Assembly: GCA_963664875.1 (NCBI GenBank)
Contig: OY761611.1
Location: forward strand, 1,248,001-1,312,000
Direction of reading: 5' to 3'
Source of the DNA: Candidatus Kapaibacterium sp.
Lineage (GTDB): Bacteria > Bacteroidota > Ignavibacteria > Kapaibacteriales > UBA2268
Length of the DNA stretch: 64,000 nt
Shown: positions 56,101-64,000 of the stretch, piece by piece
Numbering within the stretch: position 1 is the first letter of the stretch
Layout: each line of letters begins with the position of its first letter
The notes under the pieces: model-generated
Told to the model about the DNA's origin: nothing
The model's input: only the letters and a program-made list of their open reading frames with translations
Database searches by the model: none
Made by a program: the position numbers and the translations under genes

Positions 56101-57955
56101 AAGTTACGAAATCGATTGCTTCAGCTTCGTAGTTACCATTGTTGTTTTCTACATCTGAAAGTCTTACTTTCACATATTCCTGTCCATTACATGGAGTAGT
56201 TGTGATATCAGGAATTTCCAAACATTCTTTAGATACTGGCACGATTCTATTATAAATAGGTTGTGCTGTAATTTCGTTTACAATAACGAAACGAGTTCTA
56301 AATTCAATATCCTGAGCAACAAAGTTTACACCTGTAGGACCTTGAATTTGGTTAGAAGTATTTTGGATAAGACAAACAGGTTGAATTGCACCGATTCTTT
56401 CTTCACCAGCCAACAATTCGTAGTTTGCAGCGTTACCTGTCAAAATTCTTTCAGTAAAGTCAAGATTTGCATTTTCGTCAAGTTTTCTTGCCATGTACTG
56501 AATATCAATAACTCTAAGAGTATTTTGCCATTGTTTAAATCTTACTGCTAAGTTTGTACTTGGGAATGGAGTACCTGCAGGGTGTCCACCTAAGTGTTTA
56601 GCATAGTAGTGTGTGAATTGGATATATTCGCCACCCCAAGGATAGTAAGGATCAGTTTCTTCTACACCTGTAGGATAATTTACGTGGCGAGCAAACCCTC
56701 TAACACCTGCTAAAGTATTAAATCTGTAAACTAAAGCAGCGTCATAGCTATAGTAACCAAAAGACACAATACCGCTAAATTTCAAATAATTGAAAGTGAT
56801 AGAAGAATCCACACGATTCAAAATGACCTGAGCATTAGCAGAAATGTAATTGTTATCGCCAGGTCTTCCGTTAGTTGGAACTGTTGCCTGCTGACCCATA
56901 TCATTAACGACAGTACCTTTAAGGTTAGCATTTACATAGTAAATAACTAATTTACTGTTGTCGTTAAATCTTCTGTACCATACTTTACCCCAGTTATCCA
57001 CCATTTGAAGGTTAGGATTCCACTGAGACAAGTGCAAGTCACCCCAGAAAGGAGCAATAAGTGCAGATTTATGTTGTGTAGGAATAGCAGCTTCAATATT
57101 AGCAGGAGATGGATTTCTGATACCACCGTTGATAGTAGCTTCGCTACCACCGCAAACAGAGTATAGATAACCAAAATCATCAGCTAATGGGTCACCAGTA
57201 CCAGGACCATCCATAATACCGTCACCATCTTGATCAGCTTCAACCATGTTTCTTACACGAGAACCACCTGTAGCACCAAGGAACCAGTCCATAGACATAT
57301 TGTCATAAGCGCTTGTAGTTTGTGGCAATAATGTACGATTACCTTCCTGATCATAATAATATCTACGGTTAGTAAGTGCGATAACACCATTAGTAGATAC
57401 ATAGAATGAGTCATATCTAACACCGTTGAAATAGAACGGGAATCCCAAGCCCATTGGACCTGCAAATGCGTTATCTGTAGAGTCAGTCGCATTTACAACA
57501 CCATCTAACCAAAAGTTTTTAGTTGGTCCAGGATTAGCAGGGATAGCAGGGTTTCTAAAGAAAGCCAAACCTTTATCAGGATTTTGATCCCAATAAGTTT
57601 TTGGCAAAATTCTTGGACCAGCCATTAGTTTAGTCCAAAGGGTAGTAGATTGAGTTGTATCATAAAACTCAACAGTTGGTTTCCAATATGCAGTTCTTGC
57701 CGGATTTCCCGGGAACTCCATCGGATCGTTACTATCTACGAAGTAGTAACCTGTAGAAACAGCCGCATCCGTAACAGGATTTGCAGTTTCTTCAAAAGGC
57801 TCTGGAAAAGAAGTATTGTTGATGAACGGGTTAGGTTCAGCAAAAGTACTTTTTCTTAGGACATCGTCCTTTTTCTCCTCTTTTTTACCGTCAGCATAGC
57901 TGCCTGTAATTAAGAGACCGAAAGCCAGAGCGAGCAACAAAGTAAACCTTTTCAT
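53102..57955 (-). CDS. Large secreted protein (1617 aa) with T9SS-type/FlgD-Ig C-terminal sorting domain
   Basis: Signal peptide; nidogen-like GFPFYFNG..Y...YVSTNG..IAPFWGDL; LIPVE..F..L.W.T..E.N..GF.VER module; terminal VDIYGNVV..WNA.D..G.Y...M....KV. Confidence 0.8.
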   Translation of the reverse strand: MKRFTLLLALAFGLLITGSYADGKKEEKKDDVLRKSTFAEPNPFINNTSFPEPFEETANPVTDAAVSTGYYFVDSNDPMEFPGNPARTAYWKPTVEFYDTTQSTTLWTKLMAGPRILPKTYWDQNPDKGLAFFRNPAIPANPGPTKNFWLDGVVNATDSTDNAFAGPMGLGFPFYFNGVRYDSFYVSTNGVIALTNRRYYYDQEGNRTLLPQTTSAYDNMSMDWFLGATGGSRVRNMVEADQDGDGIMDGPGTGDPLADDFGYLYSVCGGSEATINGGIRNPSPANIEAAIPTQHKSALIAPFWGDLHLSQWNPNLQMVDNWGKVWYRRFNDNSKLVIYYVNANLKGTVVNDMGQQATVPTNGRPGDNNYISANAQVILNRVDSSITFNYLKFSGIVSFGYYSYDAALVYRFNTLAGVRGFARHVNYPTGVEETDPYYPWGGEYIQFTHYYAKHLGGHPAGTPFPSTNLAVRFKQWQNTLRVIDIQYMARKLDENANLDFTERILTGNAANYELLAGEERIGAIQPVCLIQNTSNQIQGPTGVNFVAQDIEFRTRFVIVNEITAQPIYNRIVPVSKECLEIPDITTTPCNGQEYVKVRLSDVENNNGNYEAEAIDFVTSGHDGIPPYGFVQVFFPPFEPNEFEPANIGRLRAYIIADPSHPETGETLGDEWPFDDTTNINLFVMNRLDQFEDNVNQFNVSDRGPIPSVLKWVNIDAEVVPSESVTHHPLPPLGRFRSQWEADWLRSDTINLESPCIKMNRVQFSGADHPADGDGKSGDQLRSFPIDMRNRYNAVLSLSVSRVANPVTKDWPRGFGDGQLIGPEPLAFQNLNWMSWYTNTRSASAVPDEIVVELAQPSPDGIKFITNIPDEKWRNHPRRAWGGAPVAPVTDMAALTVYGAGGYMVGFWEQDADSSFSKPDFGALKPNGFRPEVYDEGFDEEFKKYFVAIPDTFINAPNEGAKNFRFRIKVRATNDKKGLPYINDDEDDFFVDNVTLLFPSEQTDIEVSAVKIRWPYELAPASQATNIPIWVSLSNNTSVVAKAFEVQVDIYKGRITDLRAENFWPTVTPVYCRKFPIATMESGVATEIPMPGWNARQTGQGQYTIRAISIMEDGDLKPNNDTTFTYVDLKFGNVFAYESNNAQNDVESSQFTNSTGRGLNLYASNTGGIGTNVYQSGWDPDQAAAGVNAGNGSGQIAMKFVLRNQDTLRGYQASFGRKNMAPDHIRFLAYTDNNDLPSIEIAGTLLPAQRGIRDLDKNGNPVAPNQPGWGEYGTYLLDKPVILPPGTYWIAIAQLGETGLELAASKERMGMRSTFVTINQQPAALGGWGTHLMIDKSLRKYDANNNLINNNIFAAENVASTNQWFAGMPTFGNPMYPHSGHFGNSTVDGYTHTLTRGTWIPLLRPFFGNKTETPGNFEEDCDLIPVEYRGDFDGQVRKGAIDLNWSTAWEENNSGFFVERRIPAMGDEWHQIGWVEGQGNKSSVTQYNYADEQVVFNTTYEYRLRNVDFNGVHNCPNDNLVVLTYDFGDASITSLPSKVETSATIQFVLPQSGDVNIDIVDIYGNVVKTFSVDGASRGLNSVEWNADDNNNMPVAQGTYILRMTSGATVVSTKVNVLR

Positions 57956-58012
57956 TAGGCGCTCCTTGAAAATAATGAATGATAAATATTTATATCAACC
58001 TCTAACTTAATC

Positions 58013-59704
58013 TTAGCGTTTGAATCTCCAGCCTTTATCTTCGTATTCGAAGATCCAGCCTGCGATTTTTCCTTCGTCGATTGTTTTGAAGTTATCCCAG
58101 TAATCACGAGTATAAGTATATCTTGAGCCTGTTTCTGAAACAGGTACTGCATCTGCTTCGCTGATGATTCTGTCCATTCTTTCTTTCCAACCTACGAAGT
58201 TTTCTACTCTTAGATCGACCCAGCCTTCGAAGCACCATTGCTCAAGGTTTTCTTTAGTCAAATCTAATTCATCGACACCTCTGCGAACAGGGATTTTCAC
58301 TTCTGAACCACGCAAATAGTGTTTTCCGTCAGGCATTAGGATAACTAAGCCGATTGAAAGCATTTGCTGTCTCAATTTATCATCAGTTTTGATAATTTCA
58401 GTTGCTTTTGCAGAGAATTCTTCTGCAGTTACATTTGTGCAACCAGCCATAGAGCCTGCAATTTTTTTCATCAAAAATGCTTCGTATAACAATTTTGACA
58501 ATCTTGGAGGTCCAAGCAATTCGAATGCAACGCTATCTACGTTATATTCTTTTTCCATGTCTGCAATTTTATTTACAGCTACATTTTGCAACACACCGCC
58601 ACGGTAAGTTGGGCCTAAAGTAGTTGCATCTAAGCCTGCTATAACTTCGCGACCTGAGTTGCCACCTCTGATTTCATGAACTAAATATTCAGCGATTTCT
58701 TCAGGTGTAACGATTTCCATCTGACCTAAAGCAGAAATTGCCTGGAATTCGCCATGAGAGAATATACCGTTTTCGCCTGTGTCAATATACACAGATTTGA
58801 ACACATCGCCTGAATCAATTATATCAGATTTATCATCGAATACAAATTTACCTTCTGCAATTTTTGCACTTTCAGGTTTCATGTCAACTAATGGAATAGC
58901 TTGACCGCGTTTTTTGATTTCGCCATAAGCAATTTTTTTCCATGCAATAGTTGCAGCAGGTTTAATTTCTTTTACTAATGGTCCGTTTGGAGTTCTAGCC
59001 AAAAGGAAAAGAAGCAAAGTATGAGCACCGGCAACAGCTGTTTTAGACATCAATACTCTTGAAGGTCTTTCTTCGCTGTGTGTGTAAGGGATATTGAAGC
59101 CCATACCACCAGTGCCTGTAGTACCAACTTTGAAGTACATACCTGTGTTAGAATCCACAAGACCTTTATAAAGTATCTGTACGTGTCTGATTAGCTGAGG
59201 AATATAAGTACTTGCAATAACTTTTTCAATCCAAGCAGTATCTATGTTTCCGTTTTCGATGGATTTCATAGTATTTACTGCTGTGTTATAAATATCCATA
59301 TATGCAATCGCAGTGGCTGTATTGATACAGTCAATAACGATATCAGGTTTGGATTCTACAATTGTAGTATAAAGAGCTGATTCATCGCAAATTTTTTGAT
59401 CCAATTCGTCAAATACGTCACCGATATAGCCTTTTCTTCCGGTATCAGTATCCAATACGTCTCTAAAGTTCTGGTCTTTCCATTCCGTTCTTGTAAAAAC
59501 ATTACCCCATTTTGCTACAAACATTTCAGGATTGCAATTTGGGTACTCTTTTCTCAAAGTATTTACCGCATCTTCTGCTTCGTGTTTGAAGAGTGATGTT
59601 ATAATCAATTCTGCCGGCTCGAACTCCATAAGTTTACGGCAGATAGCTGATCCTACCAAGCCGAAGCCGCCTAAAATTAATACTTTTGAACCTTTGATTT
59701 GCAT
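58013..59704 (-). CDS. Uncharacterised NAD(P)-binding Rossmann-fold protein (SDR-like)
   Basis: N-terminal VLILGGFGLVG; conserved-looking KVGTTGTGGMGFNIPYTH; ORF track start 59716. Confidence 0.6.
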   Translation of the reverse strand: MQIKGSKVLILGGFGLVGSAICRKLMEFEPAELIITSLFKHEAEDAVNTLRKEYPNCNPEMFVAKWGNVFTRTEWKDQNFRDVLDTDTGRKGYIGDVFDELDQKICDESALYTTIVESKPDIVIDCINTATAIAYMDIYNTAVNTMKSIENGNIDTAWIEKVIASTYIPQLIRHVQILYKGLVDSNTGMYFKVGTTGTGGMGFNIPYTHSEERPSRVLMSKTAVAGAHTLLLFLLARTPNGPLVKEIKPAATIAWKKIAYGEIKKRGQAIPLVDMKPESAKIAEGKFVFDDKSDIIDSGDVFKSVYIDTGENGIFSHGEFQAISALGQMEIVTPEEIAEYLVHEIRGGNSGREVIAGLDATTLGPTYRGGVLQNVAVNKIADMEKEYNVDSVAFELLGPPRLSKLLYEAFLMKKIAGSMAGCTNVTAEEFSAKATEIIKTDDKLRQQMLSIGLVILMPDGKHYLRGSEVKIPVRRGVDELDLTKENLEQWCFEGWVDLRVENFVGWKERMDRIISEADAVPVSETGSRYTYTRDYWDNFKTIDEGKIAGWIFEYEDKGWRFKR

Positions 59705-60070
59705 ATTATTAACCAAATTAATTTATAAAATCCAAAATCGATGTTATCTAATTGCGTAAAATAAAAAAATCGACAAGTATTGCCAAATGCTTTTACATCT
59801 TTTTTGCAAATAATTATTAACATTTTATTTGCTAAAGAGTTTTTTGCATTATTTATACACTTTATTTCCCTATAACATCGTCCCGAATTTTTCTTTAAAA
59901 AGCTGATTTAATCAATATTTGCAGCCCATTTGCAAATATTATAGTATCCCTCTTATTATCATTGACACATAAAAATAAAAAGGTCTCAAAAAATTTTTAA
60001 ATTCTTCAAAAAAAATTTATATCAGGAAAAACTATGCCAAATACGCCTATTAGGACGCATTTGGCTTGTT

Positions 60071-61072
60071 TTATAGTGTATTGCTTAAGTCTATGATTGT
60101 TTTATCTATTTGGTATGCTATTTCTTTTAGAGATAGGACTGACACATTTATTTTTGTTTTAATCAGTGATTTTGGCATTGATGGTGCAACTGCCTGCTCA
60201 GGATCCTGTGCAAAAAGTTTAGCTCCTGCATTATACATCTGCACCGCTCCTTCTGTGCCGTCTCTTCCAAGTCCGGTTAGTATGGCTCCAACGGAGTATT
60301 TTCCAAACACATCCACCATAGATTTGAACAGAGGATCAGCTGCTGGTCGAGCAAAGTTAACTTTCTCTCCTTGATAGACTTTCAGCTCCATTTTTTTCGT
60401 TACTTCCGTATGCATATCTCCGCGGGCAACATATAATCTGCCGGGAACTATCTTCATTTTATCTTCGGATAATACAACCTCGATATCCAAATCAGAATTC
60501 AATCTATCAACGAAAGAAGCAAACATCCATTCAGGTCCATGTTGTACTATAAAAAAAGCAGCTTTGGAATACTGAGAAATGCAACCCATCAATTCTTTGA
60601 CTGCCGGAGGTCCGCCTGTACTTGAGGCTATAGCAATCCCCGGGAACGGTGGTTTTACTTTTGAGGTAATAACCGGCACTTCATTCACGATTGCAGGTGC
60701 AGGCTGATTCTTTTTCTGCAATGCTTCATCGAGCCTTTTGAAAAGTACGTCAGGTTCTATGGGTTTGGTCAGAAAGTCATCAGCTCCGGAATCAAGGGCA
60801 TAGTTTCTTGCCACATCAGAATCGAGATGCGTAATCATGAGAATGATAGGGATTTTTCTCATTTTTTCTCTGATAGCAGTTATCAGCTCAATCCCGTCCA
60901 TTACCGGCATCATCCAATCTGTCAGCAAAAAGTCGTAATCTGTGATTATCAACTTTTGTAACGCCTCTTTGCCATTACTGCAAATATCCACAGCATAATT
61001 GTTACTTTTGAGTATATGTTGCAAAAGTAAAGCATTGGATTTTTCGTCTTCAACTATCAGTATTTTTTTCAT
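60071..61072 (-). CDS. Response regulator receiver fused to a CheB-type methylesterase domain
   Basis: ILIVEDE..LTDWMMP..DFLTKP receiver; ASSTGGP, QHGP, RPAADPLF and TGLGRDG catalytic motifs. Confidence 0.88.
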   Translation of the reverse strand: MKKILIVEDEKSNALLLQHILKSNNYAVDICSNGKEALQKLIITDYDFLLTDWMMPVMDGIELITAIREKMRKIPIILMITHLDSDVARNYALDSGADDFLTKPIEPDVLFKRLDEALQKKNQPAPAIVNEVPVITSKVKPPFPGIAIASSTGGPPAVKELMGCISQYSKAAFFIVQHGPEWMFASFVDRLNSDLDIEVVLSEDKMKIVPGRLYVARGDMHTEVTKKMELKVYQGEKVNFARPAADPLFKSMVDVFGKYSVGAILTGLGRDGTEGAVQMYNAGAKLFAQDPEQAVAPSMPKSLIKTKINVSVLSLKEIAYQIDKTIIDLSNTL

Positions 61073-61133
61073 TGTACACTGTTCAATTATAAATCATTTT
61101 AAAACCCCTTTTCGCAAGTTAGGAAAAGCAGAT

Positions 61134-64000
61134 TTACCATTTGATATTTTTAAAATATTCTCTAAATCTATTAATCTCGTTTCTAAGTTTTGCTACGGTC
61201 TGCAAAGGATTGTCAAATACTTCGTTCTTACCCATTAATTCCAAATCAAGAGCAAGGCTTGCAGCTTCTTTTGCATCAAAATTGACAAGAGCTCCTTTTA
61301 ACTTATGTGCAGCATGATCCAATTTTTTGTAATTTGTAGCACTTACAGCTTCATCAATTTCCTGCATTAAAGCAGGTAACTCGTTAAAGAAACTCTCAAC
61401 CATTGTAATTATTATCTTGCTGTTCCCTTTTAACACATTAAGCAAATTTGAAAAATCTGCCGGAGGCATTTCTCTTGTGTTTTTTGATGCCTGTTTTAAT
61501 CTTATTTGATTTTCTATAGCAGCAAAAAGTAACCTGTCACTTACCGGCTTAGAAATATAGTCATCCATTCCTGCTTCGAGAAATCTTTCCCTATCACCTT
61601 TTAGAGCATGTGCAGTAAGGGCAATAATCGGGATAGCACTATTCTCGTCATCATTTCTGATTAGCTTCGTTGCTTCCATACCATCCATCTCCGGCATCTG
61701 AATATCCATTAGTATCAAATCGTAAATGCCTTTTCTAAACTCTTCTACTGCTTTGGCACCATTTTCAACAGCTTTTATGTTCCATCCATTTGATTCGCAG
61801 AGATCAGTGATTAGAATTTGATTGACCATATTATCTTCTGCAAGAAGAATGTTAAGTTTTTCCGGCATCACAAAATCATCAGTCTCAGGGACTGAAACAT
61901 CTCCGATGTATATCTTATCGTCTATCTCTTCGTAATTATCAAGTCCTAATGCTTTTTCGATGACATTTAGCAGTTGCGACTGTTTAACCGGTTTGATTAG
62001 ATAAGCATCCAGTACTTTTTTATCTTCTAAGCTCAACTCTTCAAATCCGTTTGAGGAACTTAAGAGAATAATTTTTGCGTCTGAAATTGCTTTTAATTTT
62101 TTCGCTAAAGTTACACCATCGAGGCCGGGCATCATATAATCCAAAATAAGAAGTTTAAATGGATTGCCTGCCTTGTGCTCATCGTGATAAAGATTGACAG
62201 CATGGAATGGATCAATAGACGTAAAGGTATTTAATCCATAAAAATCAAGCATATTTTCTAATATCAAAAGATTTGTACTATTGTCGTCAACAACTAAAGT
62301 TTTGAGATTTTTCAAATTTTCAGATTTTTTCTCAATGTTTTCTCTGTATCGTTTATTGTTGAGCATTTGTATTTCAAAAGGAAGACTGAAAGAGAACACA
62401 CTACCCATTCCCTCTTGACTTGACACAGTTATATATCCACCCATTTTTTCGACTAAATGTTTAGAAATAGCAAGCCCTAACCCCGTACCTCCGTATTGCC
62501 TTGTGGTAGAGGCATCTGCTTGTGCAAAGTCGTCAAATATGTGATGAAGATTTTCTTGTGCTATTCCTATTCCGGAATCTTCTATAACAAACTTTATTTG
62601 AATATGATTTTCATCTATCTGTGCTTCCCTTAAGACTTTGATTTTGACTTCACCGGAATGCGTAAATTTGATGGCATTGCTGATGATGTTTATCAACACC
62701 TGACGTAAACGAGTCGGATCTCCTATGAGATAAATAGGCAAATCAGGTTCGATGAAGCAGGTGAGTTCTATGGATTTTCTGTATGCTTTTAGTGCAAACA
62801 TATCTACGGATTTTTCGACTGTAGAAGTCAATTCAAAATCTAAGCTGTCAAGCAACAACTTACCGGATTCTATTTTGGACAAATCCAAAATATCATTTAT
62901 GATATTGAGCAGCGAATCGGCAGATGTTTTGACGAGGTTTAGATGAATTCTTTGCTCAGGAGTTAGTTCTGATTTTAAAACAAGATCTGTCATCCCAATA
63001 ATACCATTCATTGGAGTTCTTATTTCATGGCTCATATTAGCAAGGAATAAGCTTTTTGCTTTGTTGGCTGCTTCGGCTTCCTCTTTTGCCTTTTTCAGAA
63101 AGTCTTCCATATTTTTTCGTTCAATCTCGGCAGCAGCTCTGGTTGCAAATATTTCAAGAATAAAATCATTCCGTTTTTTTGGTTCCGGTTTTTCCTCATC
63201 CATTGCAAGAACAAAACCTTTTAGCTTAGTTCCGTTTTCATAAATCGGAATACCAAGGATATATTTGACATAAGAGTTACCTTTAGCCCGAGGTATAGCC
63301 ATAAAAGGACTATCCTGCTGATGGTAAAAAACTGAAGGAGCAAATTTTTCTTTGATATCTATTTCTATCTCAAAGCTTTCGTAAAACTGCCTGTCACCCC
63401 AATAAGCTAACACATGACCTGCATTCATATTATCGCTTACAAGGTAGATGCAGGTGTCGCTGACATCAAACACTTCCGCAAGGTAATACACAAAAGATGA
63501 AAAGAAATTGACACCGGTATTACGGGCAGTACCTTCAACTATAGTCTGCAGAGCTTGTTCTGCTCTTTTTCTTTCCGTAATATCTTCAATGATACCATCT
63601 ATATAGTCTAACTCACCGGATTCATTTTTAATTGGGCTACCTGTATCTCTGATAATAATTTTCTGATTTTTGTTATTAATAAGCTCATACTCTGTTACAA
63701 CTATTTCGTTGCTCCTTTTGAGTTCTTCAATATGCAAATCACGTATATGCGGATTGACGTATAAATCCTGAACATTAAGCTCTCCGAAATCAAAGTCAGG
63801 CTCTAAGCCCAATATATTTAATAATGCAGGATTAGCATAAAAGAGTTTCCCTTCGGGATTAGTTCGGTAAATACCCACAGGCAACTGTTTAGTCAAAGTT
63901 CTTATTCTCTCTTCTGAATCTTTGATTTTTTGCTCTGCTTCTATTCTCTCAGAAATATCTCTTATTATAGCATAGACATTACGCCTGTTTTCTATATATA
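61134..64000 (-). CDS. Hybrid sensor histidine kinase (PAS/PAC-GAF-HisKA-HATPase-REC-REC-Hpt), 5' end beyond the window
   Basis: [32 protein letters not shown], two receivers and the Hpt motif AHKLKG; the frame stays open from 63896 to the window edge (…[12 protein letters not shown]…). Confidence 0.93.
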   Translation of the reverse strand, partial: YIENRRNVYAIIRDISERIEAEQKIKDSEERIRTLTKQLPVGIYRTNPEGKLFYANPALLNILGLEPDFDFGELNVQDLYVNPHIRDLHIEELKRSNEIVVTEYELINNKNQKIIIRDTGSPIKNESGELDYIDGIIEDITERKRAEQALQTIVEGTARNTGVNFFSSFVYYLAEVFDVSDTCIYLVSDNMNAGHVLAYWGDRQFYESFEIEIDIKEKFAPSVFYHQQDSPFMAIPRAKGNSYVKYILGIPIYENGTKLKGFVLAMDEEKPEPKKRNDFILEIFATRAAAEIERKNMEDFLKKAKEEAEAANKAKSLFLANMSHEIRTPMNGIIGMTDLVLKSELTPEQRIHLNLVKTSADSLLNIINDILDLSKIESGKLLLDSLDFELTSTVEKSVDMFALKAYRKSIELTCFIEPDLPIYLIGDPTRLRQVLINIISNAIKFTHSGEVKIKVLREAQIDENHIQIKFVIEDSGIGIAQENLHHIFDDFAQADASTTRQYGGTGLGLAISKHLVEKMGGYITVSSQEGMGSVFSFSLPFEIQMLNNKRYRENIEKKSENLKNLKTLVVDDNSTNLLILENMLDFYGLNTFTSIDPFHAVNLYHDEHKAGNPFKLLILDYMMPGLDGVTLAKKLKAISDAKIILLSSSNGFEELSLEDKKVLDAYLIKPVKQSQLLNVIEKALGLDNYEEIDDKIYIGDVSVPETDDFVMPEKLNILLAEDNMVNQILITDLCESNGWNIKAVENGAKAVEEFRKGIYDLILMDIQMPEMDGMEATKLIRNDDENSAIPIIALTAHALKGDRERFLEAGMDDYISKPVSDRLLFAAIENQIRLKQASKNTREMPPADFSNLLNVLKGNSKIIITMVESFFNELPALMQEIDEAVSATNYKKLDHAAHKLKGALVNFDAKEAASLALDLELMGKNEVFDNPLQTVAKLRNEINRFREYFKNIKW

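Noticed and set aside
104-63243. Numerous 60-150 aa ORFs nested in or antisense to long genes
   Set aside because: No recognisable motifs or RBSs; consistent with chance shadow ORFs

Overview
AT-rich bacterial chromosome segment, probably from the Bacteroidota/Ignavibacteriota/Kapabacteria radiation. This placement is inferred from T9SS C-terminal sorting domains, TAnnTTTG promoters, acidic-tether lipoproteins and GGAGG ribosome-binding sites. Most of the window is housekeeping or signalling: nuoC, mscS, glgP, tsaC, ptsH-ptsI, two RsbU-type phosphatases, two identical tRNA-Ser, ftsQAZ, rodZ, kdsD, hinT, a CheB-like protein and a hybrid histidine kinase. The stand-out feature is a 10.3-kb divergent respiratory island (7905-18241). 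It encodes six multiheme c-type cytochromes (51 CxxCH plus 2 CxxxCH motifs by manual count), an outer-membrane beta-barrel and a tandem-rhodanese lipoprotein. One cytochrome is an in-frame fusion of a CbcB-like cytochrome b to an ImcH-like NapC/NirT heptaheme domain. Together these look like a complete quinol-to-cell-surface electron conduit coupled to a sulfur-transfer module. A second candidate novel system is an ECF sigma factor coupled to a membrane-anchored putative anti-sigma protein that ends in a T9SS secretion signal. All family assignments come from motif recognition only; no database searches were run.
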